DNA from: SAR86 cluster bacterium
Lineage (GTDB): Bacteria; Pseudomonadota; Gammaproteobacteria; Magnimaribacterales; D2472
Assembly (NCBI GenBank): GCA_023703655.1
Contig: CP097973.1
Location: 276,813-340,812, forward strand
DNA: 64,000 nt
Direction: 5' to 3'
The first letter of the stretch is position 1; each line of letters opens with the position of its first letter. The translations under genes and the position numbers were made by a program. The notes under the pieces are model-generated. The model saw only the letters and a program-made list of their open reading frames with translations, did not search any database and was not told the origin of the DNA. Positions 46,196 to 59,193 of this stretch are shown in pieces.

Positions 46196-47587
46196 ATGCT
46201 AACAGGAATTACCAGACATAATAGAATCCATCTAGTCGGAGTAGGCGGATCCGGCATGATTGGCATAGCTAGAATTCTTTTGAAACAAGGTTTCGATGTT
46301 AGTGGTTCAGATCTAAATGACTCAGATGAACTGCAAATACTTAAGTCTCTTGGTTTGAGATTGCAAAACAATCATTCTCCAAATTTAATTAAAGATGCTG
46401 AGCTTATTATTGTTTCATCAGCTATAAGTGCAAATAATTTAGAACTTATCTATGCAAATAAAAATAAAATTATTGTTATCCCCAGATCTGAAATGCTTAG
46501 CTCATTGATGAAGCCTTTTAGAAGTATTGCGGTGGCAGGATCTCATGGAAAGACAACCACAACAAGCTTGATAGCAAACATATTTAATGAAGCTGATTTA
46601 AGTCCAACATATGTTATTGGTGGAAAAATACTCAGTGATGATCAAAGTGCTGACCTTGGCAAAGGGGAGTATATGATTGTTGAGGCAGATGAAAGTGATG
46701 GATCTTTTTTAAGCTTAAATCCCGAAATAATAGTTATCACAAACATCGATAATGATCATCTTGCTTTTTATGACTCAAAACAATCAAAATTAAACGAGGG
46801 ATTTCTTAAATTTATAAATAACTTACCATTTAATGGTTACGTACTCCTCAATCAAGATGATCCAAATGTTCGTCTGATTAAAAATAACATCAAAAGGAAA
46901 GTTATTACTTACGGAACCTCATACCCATGTGACTACCAGATAATTTTTCATGACAGTGAAAATTTTTCTCAAGAATTCAAAGTTATAAATAAGAAAAACC
47001 GCTTAAGCATAGATTTAAAGACATCCTTGCTAGGAAAACATAATCTTTATAATGCTGCAGTTGCATCAATAATATCGATTGAGGAGGGCATAGCTATAAA
47101 CCATATTTCAAGAGCTCTAATAAAATTCTCTGGTGTTGAAAGGAGACTAGAGTTCAGCAGTATCACATTTACTGAACGAAGATTAGATATTATTGATGAT
47201 TATGGCCATCATCCAGCTGAAATTAGCGCAACGCTTAGTGTAATTGATTCTCTTTATGAGAAAAAAGAGTATATTATGTTTTTTGAGCCACACAGATACT
47301 CAAGAACTCTTCAATTAATGAATGAATTTGCAATACTATTAAGCAAAGTAAAAAACTTATTTATTTTAGAGATTTATCCAGCCTCAGAAGAGAATATTAC
47401 TGGCATCTCTTCTGAAACACTCATTGATGAAATTAATTTAAGAGGCGGTAATGCATCATTTGTAAAATTCAATGAGATTGACAATATAATTATTAATTCA
47501 AATAAGACAATTAAAGCAATTTTAATGCAAGGAGCTGGAAATATATCTGCTAAAACAAAACAACTAATTCATGAAATCCAATCATAA
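46196..47587 (+). CDS. murC: UDP-MurNAc:L-Ala ligase MurC
   Basis: GVGGSGM and P-loop AGSHGKTTTT. Confidence 0.92.
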   Translation: MLTGITRHNRIHLVGVGGSGMIGIARILLKQGFDVSGSDLNDSDELQILKSLGLRLQNNHSPNLIKDAELIIVSSAISANNLELIYANKNKIIVIPRSEMLSSLMKPFRSIAVAGSHGKTTTTSLIANIFNEADLSPTYVIGGKILSDDQSADLGKGEYMIVEADESDGSFLSLNPEIIVITNIDNDHLAFYDSKQSKLNEGFLKFINNLPFNGYVLLNQDDPNVRLIKNNIKRKVITYGTSYPCDYQIIFHDSENFSQEFKVINKKNRLSIDLKTSLLGKHNLYNAAVASIISIEEGIAINHISRALIKFSGVERRLEFSSITFTERRLDIIDDYGHHPAEISATLSVIDSLYEKKEYIMFFEPHRYSRTLQLMNEFAILLSKVKNLFILEIYPASEENITGISSETLIDEINLRGGNASFVKFNEIDNIIINSNKTIKAILMQGAGNISAKTKQLIHEIQS

Positions 47588-48503
47588 GAATATTGCAGTC
47601 CTTTGCGGGGGATCTTCATCTGAAAGGGAAATTTCTTTATTAAGTGGAAAAGGAGTTCATAAGGCAATTATTGAATTTGGTTATCAATCTGAACTAGTCG
47701 AATTTGATGATTTAAATAATCTTGAGGAATTAAAAAATTATGATTTTGTATTTATAGCACTTCATGGCTTTGAAGGTGAAGGAGGATTACTACAAAAAAA
47801 ACTAGATGATTTAAATATTCCATATACTGGCTCAAACTCTGAGGCCTGTAAAAATACTTGGAATAAAAAATTAACAAAAGAAATTCTTGAAAAGAATAAT
47901 ATAAAAACGCCAATGTGGCTTGAAATTGGAAAATTTAGTAAAACCATTGTCAACCATGGATTAGAAGTTTCTCCATTTGAAAGGTTCAGACCATTTAAAT
48001 ACCTTTTTTTAAAACCTCAAGAGGATGGGTCAAGCGTAGATATATTTAAAATAAGTGATATCCAGAGTTTAAAAAATGCTTACCGAGAATGCGCTGATCA
48101 TGACAGAGGATTCATGTTTGAAGAGTTTATTGATGGTAAAGAATTTACTGTAACGATTATAAATGATGTGTGTTACCCGCCAATAGAAATAATTACACAA
48201 AATGAATTTTATGATTATGATGCAAAATATATTTCAGATGATACGATTTTGAGAGAACCTATATTATCTGCTGCTGAGCTAGAGGAAATTCAAAAAATAT
48301 CCATTGATGCATATAAAGCTTTAAATTGTAGTGTTTGGGGCAGGGTGGATTTAATGCAATGCAAAAATACTCGGAAATTTTATGTCATTGAGATAAATAC
48401 AGTGCCGGGCATGACAGAACATAGTTGTGTTCCTAAATCTGGAAGTATGCTTGGTCTATCTTATGGCGAGATTGTTAAGAAAATAATTGATGCATCAATA
48501 TAA
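47571..48503 (+). CDS. ddl: D-alanine--D-alanine ligase
   Basis: GGSSSEREISL.SG, ALHG..GE.G, and an ATP-grasp C-terminus. Confidence 0.92.
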   Translation: MKSNHKNIAVLCGGSSSEREISLLSGKGVHKAIIEFGYQSELVEFDDLNNLEELKNYDFVFIALHGFEGEGGLLQKKLDDLNIPYTGSNSEACKNTWNKKLTKEILEKNNIKTPMWLEIGKFSKTIVNHGLEVSPFERFRPFKYLFLKPQEDGSSVDIFKISDIQSLKNAYRECADHDRGFMFEEFIDGKEFTVTIINDVCYPPIEIITQNEFYDYDAKYISDDTILREPILSAAELEEIQKISIDAYKALNCSVWGRVDLMQCKNTRKFYVIEINTVPGMTEHSCVPKSGSMLGLSYGEIVKKIIDASI

Positions 48504-49122
48504 GTTACATTTTTTAGTAATATTTTTATTTACTTCAGTTCCGATTAAAGCTTTAGAAAAGCATAATTTAAATATTTTTTTCGAATTTCCAGTAAAAAAT
48601 AGCTACGAAATGGAATTTATTGAAAATGTTAAATTAATAAAAATCCAAGATATTAAGGAGTATTTAGATTCACAAAATTGGGTCGAAACATACTTTTTTA
48701 AAAGATTTTTATTAGGCGACAGTTATCTTGTTATTAAACAATATCAGCCAATCTCAAAGTGGAATAATTCTTTTTTCATTAACGAAGATGGCAAGAAGTT
48801 CTTGATAGATGAGAGTGCCACACTCCCCAATATCGATTGTGATGAGAGCAAATTAAATGATGGTATTACATTATTACGCTTATTGAGCCCGCTGATTAAT
48901 AAAGCATCAAAAGAAATTTCATTAATTTCTTTCGAATATGGAGTAGGTTGGTCGATAACTACAGATGGGTATCAAAAAATTAGGTTTTCAGAAAAACTCT
49001 CGGAGAATAAAATCTCTGATTTCGAAATCTTATACACATATTTATTAGAAAATAACAAAAATCCTAGTATTATTGATATGAGAAATAAATCTGGAGCTGC
49101 ACTAAGGTATGACAAAAAATAA
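48487..49122 (+). CDS. ftsQ: cell division protein FtsQ (short, divergent)
   Basis: Single N-terminal TM, POTRA-like region, WSITTDGYQKIRF-type motif, canonical slot between ddl and ftsA. Confidence 0.65.
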   Translation: MMHQYKLHFLVIFLFTSVPIKALEKHNLNIFFEFPVKNSYEMEFIENVKLIKIQDIKEYLDSQNWVETYFFKRFLLGDSYLVIKQYQPISKWNNSFFINEDGKKFLIDESATLPNIDCDESKLNDGITLLRLLSPLINKASKEISLISFEYGVGWSITTDGYQKIRFSEKLSENKISDFEILYTYLLENNKNPSIIDMRNKSGAALRYDKK

Positions 49123-50338
49123 TACAATCAACGGCAATTACATAGCCGCGCTTGATATTGGTACCTCCAAAGTTGTTTGCTTAATTGGAAGTATCAGTGA
49201 TTCCCACTCAATAGAAATAGTTGCGATGGGTTCGTATCCATCGTCAGGATTAAAAAAAGGAGTTGTAGTAAATATTGACGCAACAACTGATGCAATACAA
49301 AAATCAATTGAGCAAGCAAAAAATTCCTTTGAAGGCAAAATTAAGAATGTTTTTGTTGGTATTGCTGGAAATCACATAAAAAGCTTAAATTCTCATGGAA
49401 TAGTAGGTATCAAAGATAAAGAAGTTACTCAGCTTGATATCGAGAAGGTCATCGATGCTGCCCAAGCAGTGGCTATTCCATCAGATCAAAGAGTATTGCA
49501 TGTGCTTCCACAAGAATTTGTTATAGATGATCAAGATGCTATTCGTGAGCCTCTAGGCATGTCAGGTGTTAGGCTTGAATCACATGTTCATTTAGTAACC
49601 TGTGCAAATAATGCAATTCAAAATATTGAAAAATGTGTAAAGAGATGCGGAATTGGAATAGATGGTTTTGTCCTTGAACAATTGGCAAGTTCATACTCTA
49701 TATTATCAAACGACGAAAAGGAACTTGGTGTTTGTATTGTTGATATTGGAGGAGGAACAACAGACATTGCTATATTTAATAACGGATCAATATGTTTTAC
49801 AGGAGTAATTCCTATTGCAGGTGATCAGGTCACAAGTGATATAGCCGTGGCTTTGAGAACACCTACACCTCAGGCAGAAGAGCTTAAGCAAAAATTTGGC
49901 TGCGCTGTTTCAGAATTTACAAAAGAAGCGGACTCAATCGAAGTTGCAGGAGTTGGAGGTAGGCCTCCTCGGGAACTATCCAGAAAAGTTTTGTCTGAAA
50001 TAATAGAACCAAGGTATGTTGAATTGTTTGAGTTAGTATTGGCAGAAATTCAAAGAAATGGATTTGAAAACAAAATTCCAGCTGGAATTGTCCTCACAGG
50101 TGGTACATCAAGAATGGAAGGCGTTGCAGAATTAGCTGAATCCATTTTCAAAACAACTGTTAGGATTGGTATCCCAAATAATTTCAAAGGCATGGAAACT
50201 ATTCTTAAGAATCCGATATATGCAACAAGTCTTGGATTACTAAACTATGGTTTTGATAAAATCATGCAAGGGTATGCAATTGATCAAAGTAAAAGTTTTT
50301 TTGATAAGGCTTTTGGATGGCTGAAAAGTAACTACTAA
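49109..50338 (+). CDS. ftsA: cell division protein FtsA
   Basis: Actin-fold motifs ([22 protein letters not shown]) and a C-terminal amphipathic helix FFDKAFGWLKSNY. Confidence 0.95.
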   Translation: MTKNNTINGNYIAALDIGTSKVVCLIGSISDSHSIEIVAMGSYPSSGLKKGVVVNIDATTDAIQKSIEQAKNSFEGKIKNVFVGIAGNHIKSLNSHGIVGIKDKEVTQLDIEKVIDAAQAVAIPSDQRVLHVLPQEFVIDDQDAIREPLGMSGVRLESHVHLVTCANNAIQNIEKCVKRCGIGIDGFVLEQLASSYSILSNDEKELGVCIVDIGGGTTDIAIFNNGSICFTGVIPIAGDQVTSDIAVALRTPTPQAEELKQKFGCAVSEFTKEADSIEVAGVGGRPPRELSRKVLSEIIEPRYVELFELVLAEIQRNGFENKIPAGIVLTGGTSRMEGVAELAESIFKTTVRIGIPNNFKGMETILKNPIYATSLGLLNYGFDKIMQGYAIDQSKSFFDKAFGWLKSNY

Positions 50339-50381
50339 TTATTGATTTTTACTTTTTCATTCTTTAAAATTCCTTCTCCTT

Positions 50382-50401
50382 GGTTAGGTTTTGACCTAAT
50401 C
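50382..50401 (+). promoter_or_regulatory. 8-bp stem-loop in the ftsA-rpsF spacer (dcw terminator or rpsF leader element)
   Basis: GGTTAGGT-TTTG-ACCTAATC (one G-U pair), followed by TTT and then the rpsF SD GAGGA. Its function is not determinable from sequence alone. Confidence 0.3.
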
Positions 50402-50418
50402 TTTAACCATGAGGAAAA

Positions 50419-50919
50419 ATGAAAAATTACGAATTAGCACTAATCATTAATCCAGACCTAGCCTCTAGGTTTAATCCTTATAAAGAACATCTCGAATCAG
50501 TTTTAAGCGAGTTGGATTTTAAAAATATTTACTGTGAAAATGTAGGCATTAGAGAACTTGCTTACCCTATAAAAGAATTTACAAAAGGCCATTACTTAAT
50601 TTATCAGCTGGAGGGTAATCCTCCAAAAATTGCTGATTTAGAGAACAAATTAAAATATGATAATTCGGTGCTAAGACATTTATTGATCACTATAGATGAG
50701 TTAAGTTCCAGTGATTCCTTTCTTACCCAGGATACTAGAGATTCAAAAAAACTTGCAGAAGAAAAAGCTCATGAGGCTAAACTAAAAAACGAGACCTCAA
50801 TAAACGCCGATTCTGATACACAAATTAAAGATAACTCTAAGTCAACGCAATTAAAAGAAACTGAAGAAAATGACAACGATGAAGCGACTGAAAATAATAA
50901 TACAAAGGATGAATCATGA
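50419..50919 (+). CDS. rpsF: 30S ribosomal protein S6 with long acidic C-terminal extension
   Basis: The N-terminal ~100 aa are S6-like ([13 protein letters not shown]...). The C-terminal ~60 aa are rich in D, E, N and K. Confidence 0.92.
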   Translation: MKNYELALIINPDLASRFNPYKEHLESVLSELDFKNIYCENVGIRELAYPIKEFTKGHYLIYQLEGNPPKIADLENKLKYDNSVLRHLLITIDELSSSDSFLTQDTRDSKKLAEEKAHEAKLKNETSINADSDTQIKDNSKSTQLKETEENDNDEATENNNTKDES

Positions 50920-51113
50920 GCACTGAAATTCCAACTAATTTTAATTATAAAGACATAAAAATCTTAAAACAGTTTCTTACTGAAACTGGTAAGATCATTC
51001 CTGCAAGAGTCTCTGGTTTATCGGCTCAACAGCAAAGGAAAGTTACTAAGGCCATTAAAGTTGCAAGATTTTTGGCATTGATACCATATACCGATAAACA
51101 GAGCCGTGTATGA
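50916..51113 (+). CDS. rpsR: 30S ribosomal protein S18 (N-terminally short, 65 aa)
   Basis: [24 protein letters not shown]...[20 protein letters not shown] matches the S18 core. An in-frame TGA at 50910-50912 prevents any upstream extension. Confidence 0.92.
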   Translation: MSTEIPTNFNYKDIKILKQFLTETGKIIPARVSGLSAQQQRKVTKAIKVARFLALIPYTDKQSRV

Positions 51114-51556
51114 AAATAATTTTGCTTGATAATATTCCAAAGCTAGGAAATATCGCCGACATCATTGATGTTAAATCTGGCTATGCAAGGAATTATCTCA
51201 TTCCTCAAAAAAAGGCTATGTTTGCTTCCAAAGAAAACATTGAATACGTTGAAAAAAGAAAATCTGAACTCGCAAAAGCATCTAGTGATGAAGTTGCTGT
51301 TGCACAAGAAAAGGCTGATCAAATCAACGGATCCTCTGCAGAAATCAAGGTTCAGGTAACCGAAGAGGGAACGATGTATGGTTCAGTGGGAACTCGTGAG
51401 ATATCAGATGCAATTTCTTCAGAGGAGCTGGTTGTTGATAAAAGCAATGTTTTTTTACCTTTGGGACCAATCAAGGAAGTCGGAGAACATCTAATAACAA
51501 TTTCATTTCATCCAGAGGTTAATGCAGAAGTAACTATTATTATTTCACCAGAATAG
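51110..51556 (+). CDS. rplI: 50S ribosomal protein L9
   Basis: [36 protein letters not shown]. Confidence 0.95.
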   Translation: MKIILLDNIPKLGNIADIIDVKSGYARNYLIPQKKAMFASKENIEYVEKRKSELAKASSDEVAVAQEKADQINGSSAEIKVQVTEEGTMYGSVGTREISDAISSEELVVDKSNVFLPLGPIKEVGEHLITISFHPEVNAEVTIIISPE

Positions 51557-51593
51557 TTGTCATCAGGTAAATATGATGTGAAAATCTGACTCT

Positions 51594-52982
51594 ATGTCTG
51601 AAACATCTAATTTTGAAAACTCTGAACATGTTAGAAGCATTGAGAGAGCTGTTCTTGGCGGATTAATGCTTGAAACTGAGAGATATGACTCAGTTTGCCT
51701 GATAATTTCACACAATGATTTTGAAGGTAAGGATCACCAATCTATATTTAAATCTATGGGGGAGCTTGTTGAAAATAATAAGCCCCTGGACCCTTTTACA
51801 TTATCAGACAAACTTGATAGTAGAAATCTTCTTCAAAGTACTGGTGGGAGAGATTATCTTGTTGAGCTTGCCCAAACCTCACCAACTGCAGCCAATCTAG
51901 AGGCATATGCTGAATTAATTAGAGAAAGATCAATTAGAAGAAAGTTGCAAAAAATAAATTCTGAAATTTCAGAATTAATAACAAATCCTCAAGGTAGAGA
52001 TTCTGGTGGTTTGCTTGATGAAGCTGAATCCAAAATTTTTGCGCTAAATGATGAGGCAAGTAGAACTTCAAATAAAATTAGATCGTTAGAAGAACTTATC
52101 CCTTTATCGATTGATATGTTAAATGAGTTATCTCAAAAGGGACCTTCATTAATTGGTTCTTCAACCGGCTTTAAAGCTTTAGATGAAAAAACTCAAGGCT
52201 TACAAAAAGGAGATTTAATAGTTGTTGCTGGAAGACCAAGCATGGGTAAAACTTCATTTGCAATGAATATTGCTGAGAATTTTCTTGTTGATGAAGATGT
52301 TAAGGGTGGTATCTTGGTATTTAGTCTAGAAATGTCGGCAGAATCACTTACCACAAGATTATTGGCTAGTAATGCCAAAATTGATCAACAAAGTGTTCGC
52401 GCAGGAGAAGTAAGTGCCGAACAATTAGGGAGATTAATGAACTCACAAAAAAGACTTCAAGATTGCCCGTTATACATTGATGATAGCAGCCTCATATCAC
52501 CGATGGAGATTAGAGCAAGAGCAAGAAGGATCGCTAGACAAGAATCTGATGGTTTGGCACTTATAGTTGTTGATTACATACAATTAATGCAATTACCTGG
52601 ATCAAATGAAAATAGAGTCAATCAGATTTCTGAAATTTCAAGATCTCTAAAATCTTTAGCAAAAGAATTAAATGTACCTGTTATTGCTCTATCACAGCTT
52701 AATCGAGGCGTAGAATTAAGAACAGATAAGAGACCTATGATGGCAGATCTTAGAGATTCTGGTGCAATTGAGCAAGATGCAGACCTAATACTTTTTATAT
52801 ATAGGGATAAAGTTTACAACAAGGAAACTGATGTGGGTAATATGTCAGAGGTAATTATTGCTAAGCAGAGAAATGGACCAATCGGAAAAATACCACTTTC
52901 GTTCTTAGAATCGTTTACAAGATTTGAGAATTTTTCAGGAAAAATAGACGATTTTCCATCCGATGATATTTATCAAAACTAG
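51594..52982 (+). CDS. dnaB: replicative DNA helicase DnaB (no intein)
   Basis: Walker A GRPSMGKTSFAMN, VVDYIQLM, LSQLNR, and a RecA-like C-domain. Confidence 0.96.
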   Translation: MSETSNFENSEHVRSIERAVLGGLMLETERYDSVCLIISHNDFEGKDHQSIFKSMGELVENNKPLDPFTLSDKLDSRNLLQSTGGRDYLVELAQTSPTAANLEAYAELIRERSIRRKLQKINSEISELITNPQGRDSGGLLDEAESKIFALNDEASRTSNKIRSLEELIPLSIDMLNELSQKGPSLIGSSTGFKALDEKTQGLQKGDLIVVAGRPSMGKTSFAMNIAENFLVDEDVKGGILVFSLEMSAESLTTRLLASNAKIDQQSVRAGEVSAEQLGRLMNSQKRLQDCPLYIDDSSLISPMEIRARARRIARQESDGLALIVVDYIQLMQLPGSNENRVNQISEISRSLKSLAKELNVPVIALSQLNRGVELRTDKRPMMADLRDSGAIEQDADLILFIYRDKVYNKETDVGNMSEVIIAKQRNGPIGKIPLSFLESFTRFENFSGKIDDFPSDDIYQN

Positions 52983-52985
52983 TTA

Positions 52986-54038
52986 ATGACACTGTTAAAC
53001 GCTGAATTGCATATAAATGTTTCAATTCTTAAAGAAAATATTTGTTATTTAAAAACTAAAATAGATAAAAAATCTAATTTTCTTGCAGTTGTAAAAGCAA
53101 ATGCATATGGCCATTCGCTCAAAAAGTTTGTCGAAAAACTCGATGATTGCGTTGATGGTTACGCATTAGTAAGGCTTGATGAAGCCTTACAAGTAAGAGA
53201 TTTATCAAAAAAGCCTATATTGCTTATGCAGGGTATTTATGATGATGATGAGGCCTTAATTGCAAAGAGAAATGGCTTTATGTGTGTTTTACATACTCAA
53301 GAACAGATTAGAACTTATTCTCGAAACCTTGAAAATAAGAATATTTGGCTAAAAGTTAATACTGGGATGAATCGACTCGGCTTTTCAGAAAATGTACTAA
53401 ATGATCTAAATCTTCTCAACATTAAGCCATCAGTTTTAATGTCTCATCTTGCCTCATCTGATGACTTACATAATCCATCCAATAATAAACAATTTAAAGT
53501 TTTTAATAATATTTTTGAAAAATATTCAGATATTAAGCAAAGAAGTATTCTAAATACTGGCGGAATAATTAATTTCCCTGAGCATGCATATGATTGGGTC
53601 AGATGTGGCATTGGAATGTATGGAGGTTTTAATGGCGAGGAAAATCTAAAAACAGCAATAACATTCAAAAGTAAAATTATTTCCATCAACAATGTTAAAA
53701 AAGGTGAAAGTGTTGGCTATGGCGGAAGAATAACAGCTAATTCTGACAAAAAGATAGCATCAGTTTATTGTGGATATGCTGATGGATTCCCGCAATCAAT
53801 AATTGATGGAACAAAAGTAATGATTGGTGAACACGAAGTACCAATTTTTGGGAGAGTATCTATGGATATTGTTACAGTTGATGTGACAGACGTACCTGAT
53901 ATACAATTTGGCAATTGGGTTGAATTTTGGTCTCCAAAAAACTCAATTAATAAAATATCTAATAATAATAGTTTTATTTCATATGAAATGATGACCCGTA
54001 TTGACAACAGAGTAAAAAAAGTAATATATGAAGATTAA
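52986..54038 (+). CDS. alr: alanine racemase
   Basis: PLP-lysine motif AVVKANAYGHS and a C-terminal beta domain. As I recall, alr follows dnaB in Pseudomonas too. Confidence 0.9.
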   Translation: MTLLNAELHINVSILKENICYLKTKIDKKSNFLAVVKANAYGHSLKKFVEKLDDCVDGYALVRLDEALQVRDLSKKPILLMQGIYDDDEALIAKRNGFMCVLHTQEQIRTYSRNLENKNIWLKVNTGMNRLGFSENVLNDLNLLNIKPSVLMSHLASSDDLHNPSNNKQFKVFNNIFEKYSDIKQRSILNTGGIINFPEHAYDWVRCGIGMYGGFNGEENLKTAITFKSKIISINNVKKGESVGYGGRITANSDKKIASVYCGYADGFPQSIIDGTKVMIGEHEVPIFGRVSMDIVTVDVTDVPDIQFGNWVEFWSPKNSINKISNNNSFISYEMMTRIDNRVKKVIYED

Positions 54039-55107
54039 AGAACTAGAGGATGGTTATAGAAAGATCAAGTTTGAAAAAGATCTTGATAATTTTATGACTG
54101 ATAAAGCGGCTGACGATATCATTGAGATATTTAATACCCCATTAACAGGAACATATAATTGGGACTATACAGTCCAAGACAATCGAATAAAGAAACTTTA
54201 TGAGCTTGGAAAAGAACTGAATTGGAATGTTTCTTTAGATGTTGATTGGTCAATACCTTATGAGCCGATTACTGAACCTATTCCTATGTTTTGGGATGAA
54301 TATCCTCCATATCAGAAACTTTCTGATAAGAGAAAAGTAGAGTTCTTGCATCATCGACAAGCATGGAGTGTAAGCCAATACCTTCATGGCGAACAAGGAG
54401 CATTATTAGTGGCTTCTCAGCTTACTTCCTGTGCGCCAACATTCAATGCTAAGTTATATGCAGCATCTCAAACATTTGATGAGGCAAGACATGTTGAGGC
54501 ATTTAACAGATATATTCAAACACGTCTAAAGATGATGTATCCAATTGGCAATGCACTTAAATCTATACTTGATAAAATATTGACTGATCCAAGGTGGGAT
54601 CTAAAGTTTATTGGTATGCAACTAATCATTGAAGGTCTCGCACTTGCAGCTTTTCAATCTACGCGAGAGCTTGCTAAAGATCCGGTTCTGTATGACATGC
54701 TTGGTTTAATAATTAGAGACGAAGCAAGACATGTAACTTTTGGAGTGAATTATCTTGAAGAATTTGTCTCGACTCTTTCTGAAGAAGAGAAAAATGATAG
54801 GGCTCAGTTTGCTTATGAGGCCTGTCTTTTAAGCAGAGAAAGACTTCTATCAACAGATGTGTTTGAATATTTTGGATGGGACGTTGAGGAGGCAAGACAA
54901 TTTCAGCTTGGTTCAGATTTAATTCAACATTTTCAAAAACTCTTATTTCAAAGAGTTATGCCAAATTTAGCAAGGATCGGACTCCTAACAGATTCAGTAA
55001 AAGGTAAATTTGAAGAGCTTGGCATTCTTGAGCTTGCAAGCTTACCCAGTGATGCAGATGTCGACTGGGCTGATTTATCAAAACCATTATTTGAAGATTC
55101 AGCTTAA
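54028..55107 (+). CDS. ferritin-like di-iron carboxylate protein (AurF/di-iron oxygenase-like), unknown substrate
   Basis: Four-helix-bundle ligand pattern E...ExxH...E...ExxH: HGEQGAL, DEARHVEAF, IIEGLALAAF, DEARHVTF. 359 aa, no signal peptide. Start overlaps the alr end by 11 nt. Confidence 0.55.
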   Translation: MKIKELEDGYRKIKFEKDLDNFMTDKAADDIIEIFNTPLTGTYNWDYTVQDNRIKKLYELGKELNWNVSLDVDWSIPYEPITEPIPMFWDEYPPYQKLSDKRKVEFLHHRQAWSVSQYLHGEQGALLVASQLTSCAPTFNAKLYAASQTFDEARHVEAFNRYIQTRLKMMYPIGNALKSILDKILTDPRWDLKFIGMQLIIEGLALAAFQSTRELAKDPVLYDMLGLIIRDEARHVTFGVNYLEEFVSTLSEEEKNDRAQFAYEACLLSRERLLSTDVFEYFGWDVEEARQFQLGSDLIQHFQKLLFQRVMPNLARIGLLTDSVKGKFEELGILELASLPSDADVDWADLSKPLFEDSA

Positions 55108-55159
55108 TAAGTTTTTATTAGATCAAATATCTGATATTCTGTTAACCCATCATATATAA

Positions 55160-57623
<2,464 letters not shown>

Positions 57624-57624
<1 letters not shown>

Positions 57625-58910
57625 TGTCTAAGATTAAAAGTATTCAAGCGATTCAAGTACTTGATTCAAGAGGCTATCCTACAGTTGCATGTAAAGTTGC
57701 GACTGAAGCACATTCGGCAATTTCAATGGTTCCAAGTGGAGCATCTACAGGAAGTAAGGAGGCTCTAGAACTAAGAGATAATAACAATGAATATTGCGGT
57801 AAAGGTGTTGCAAAGGCTGTAGATAATATTAATTCAAAGATAAAAAATGCGATTATTGGAATGGACTGCTCTCAACAATTTAAAATCGATGATATTCTTA
57901 TTGAACTAGATGGTACAACTACAAAATCTGAACTAGGAGCAAATTCTATCTTAGCTGTTTCAATTGCTGTGATGAAATTAGCAGCAAAAACGAAACATAT
58001 AGAGCTTTTTCAATATGTTAATGACCTTTTCAATATTAATTTTTCCTCAGAAATTCAAATGTCTTTACCTGTCCCGATGTTAAATATTATTAATGGAGGA
58101 GAGCATGCAAATAACAATATTGATATTCAAGAATTTATGATTATTCCAAATGGTGCTGAGTCTTTTTCTGAATCTATAAGATGGTCAGTTGAAATCTATC
58201 AAGCACTAAAAACTAATCTTAAAGTATTAAGCTACCCTACAACTGTTGGAGATGAAGGTGGATTTGCTCCAAATTTGAACTCAAATCAAGAGGCTTTAGA
58301 CCATATAATGAGAGCCATAGAAGATGTTACGCTCAAACCTGGAGTAGATGTAAGTATTGCACTTGATTGTGCTGCCTCTGAATTTTATAGCGATGGTATG
58401 TATAAGCTTAAAGCAGAAAAGAAATCTTACTCTTCTACAGAATTTACGTCATACTTAACTTCATTGGTAAAATCATATCCAATTCTTTCCATCGAAGACG
58501 GCATGGATGAGAATGATTTGAAAGGATGGAAATTTTTGACAAAAGAATTAGGCCAAAAATGTCAATTAGTTGGAGATGATTTGTTTGTTACCAATGTTAA
58601 TGAATTGAAAGAAGGCATTGAAAATAATGTAGCAAACTCCATACTTATCAAATTTAACCAAGTAGGAACAATCAAAGAAACTTTTGAAACATTTCTATTG
58701 GCAAAGAATAATAATATTAAAACAATCATTTCTCATCGTTCGGGTGAAACTGAAGATACAACCATATCTGATATTTCAGTTGGTTTATGTGCTGAACAGA
58801 TTAAAACAGGTGCACCTGCACGATCAGATAGAACATCAAAGTATAATCGCCTGTTATTTATTGAATCAGAAAATCAATCTTTAGATTATGCAAACAAAAT
58901 TTTTAATTAG
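57624..58910 (+). CDS. eno: enolase
   Basis: QVLDSRGYPTV, GDDLFVTN, SHRSGETED. GTG start. Confidence 0.96.
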
Positions 58911-59193
58911 TCTTTTAGTAATACTACTCAGCATTTTGACAATAAAAAATACGTGGGATTTTTATTTCAGCTCTAGCAATAATAGTTTAAATAATATACT
59001 CAGAAAATCTGTCATAGAGCAAAGCGAAAAAAATAGCGAACTTCTGGAAAAAAATAAAAACTTAGAGAATGAAATTAGATCCATGCAAAACAATATAAGC
59101 TTTGCTGAAAGTTATTCTAGAGAAAATCTTGATATGGTATTTCCCAATGAGATATTAGTAGAAATAAATCAAAAAGCTGATCAGGATGAGTAA
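58888..59193 (+). CDS. ftsB: cell division protein FtsB
   Basis: 101 aa, N-terminal TM plus coiled coil, in the canonical eno-ftsB-ispD slot. Confidence 0.75.
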   Translation: MQTKFLISLLVILLSILTIKNTWDFYFSSSNNSLNNILRKSVIEQSEKNSELLEKNKNLENEIRSMQNNISFAESYSRENLDMVFPNEILVEINQKADQDE

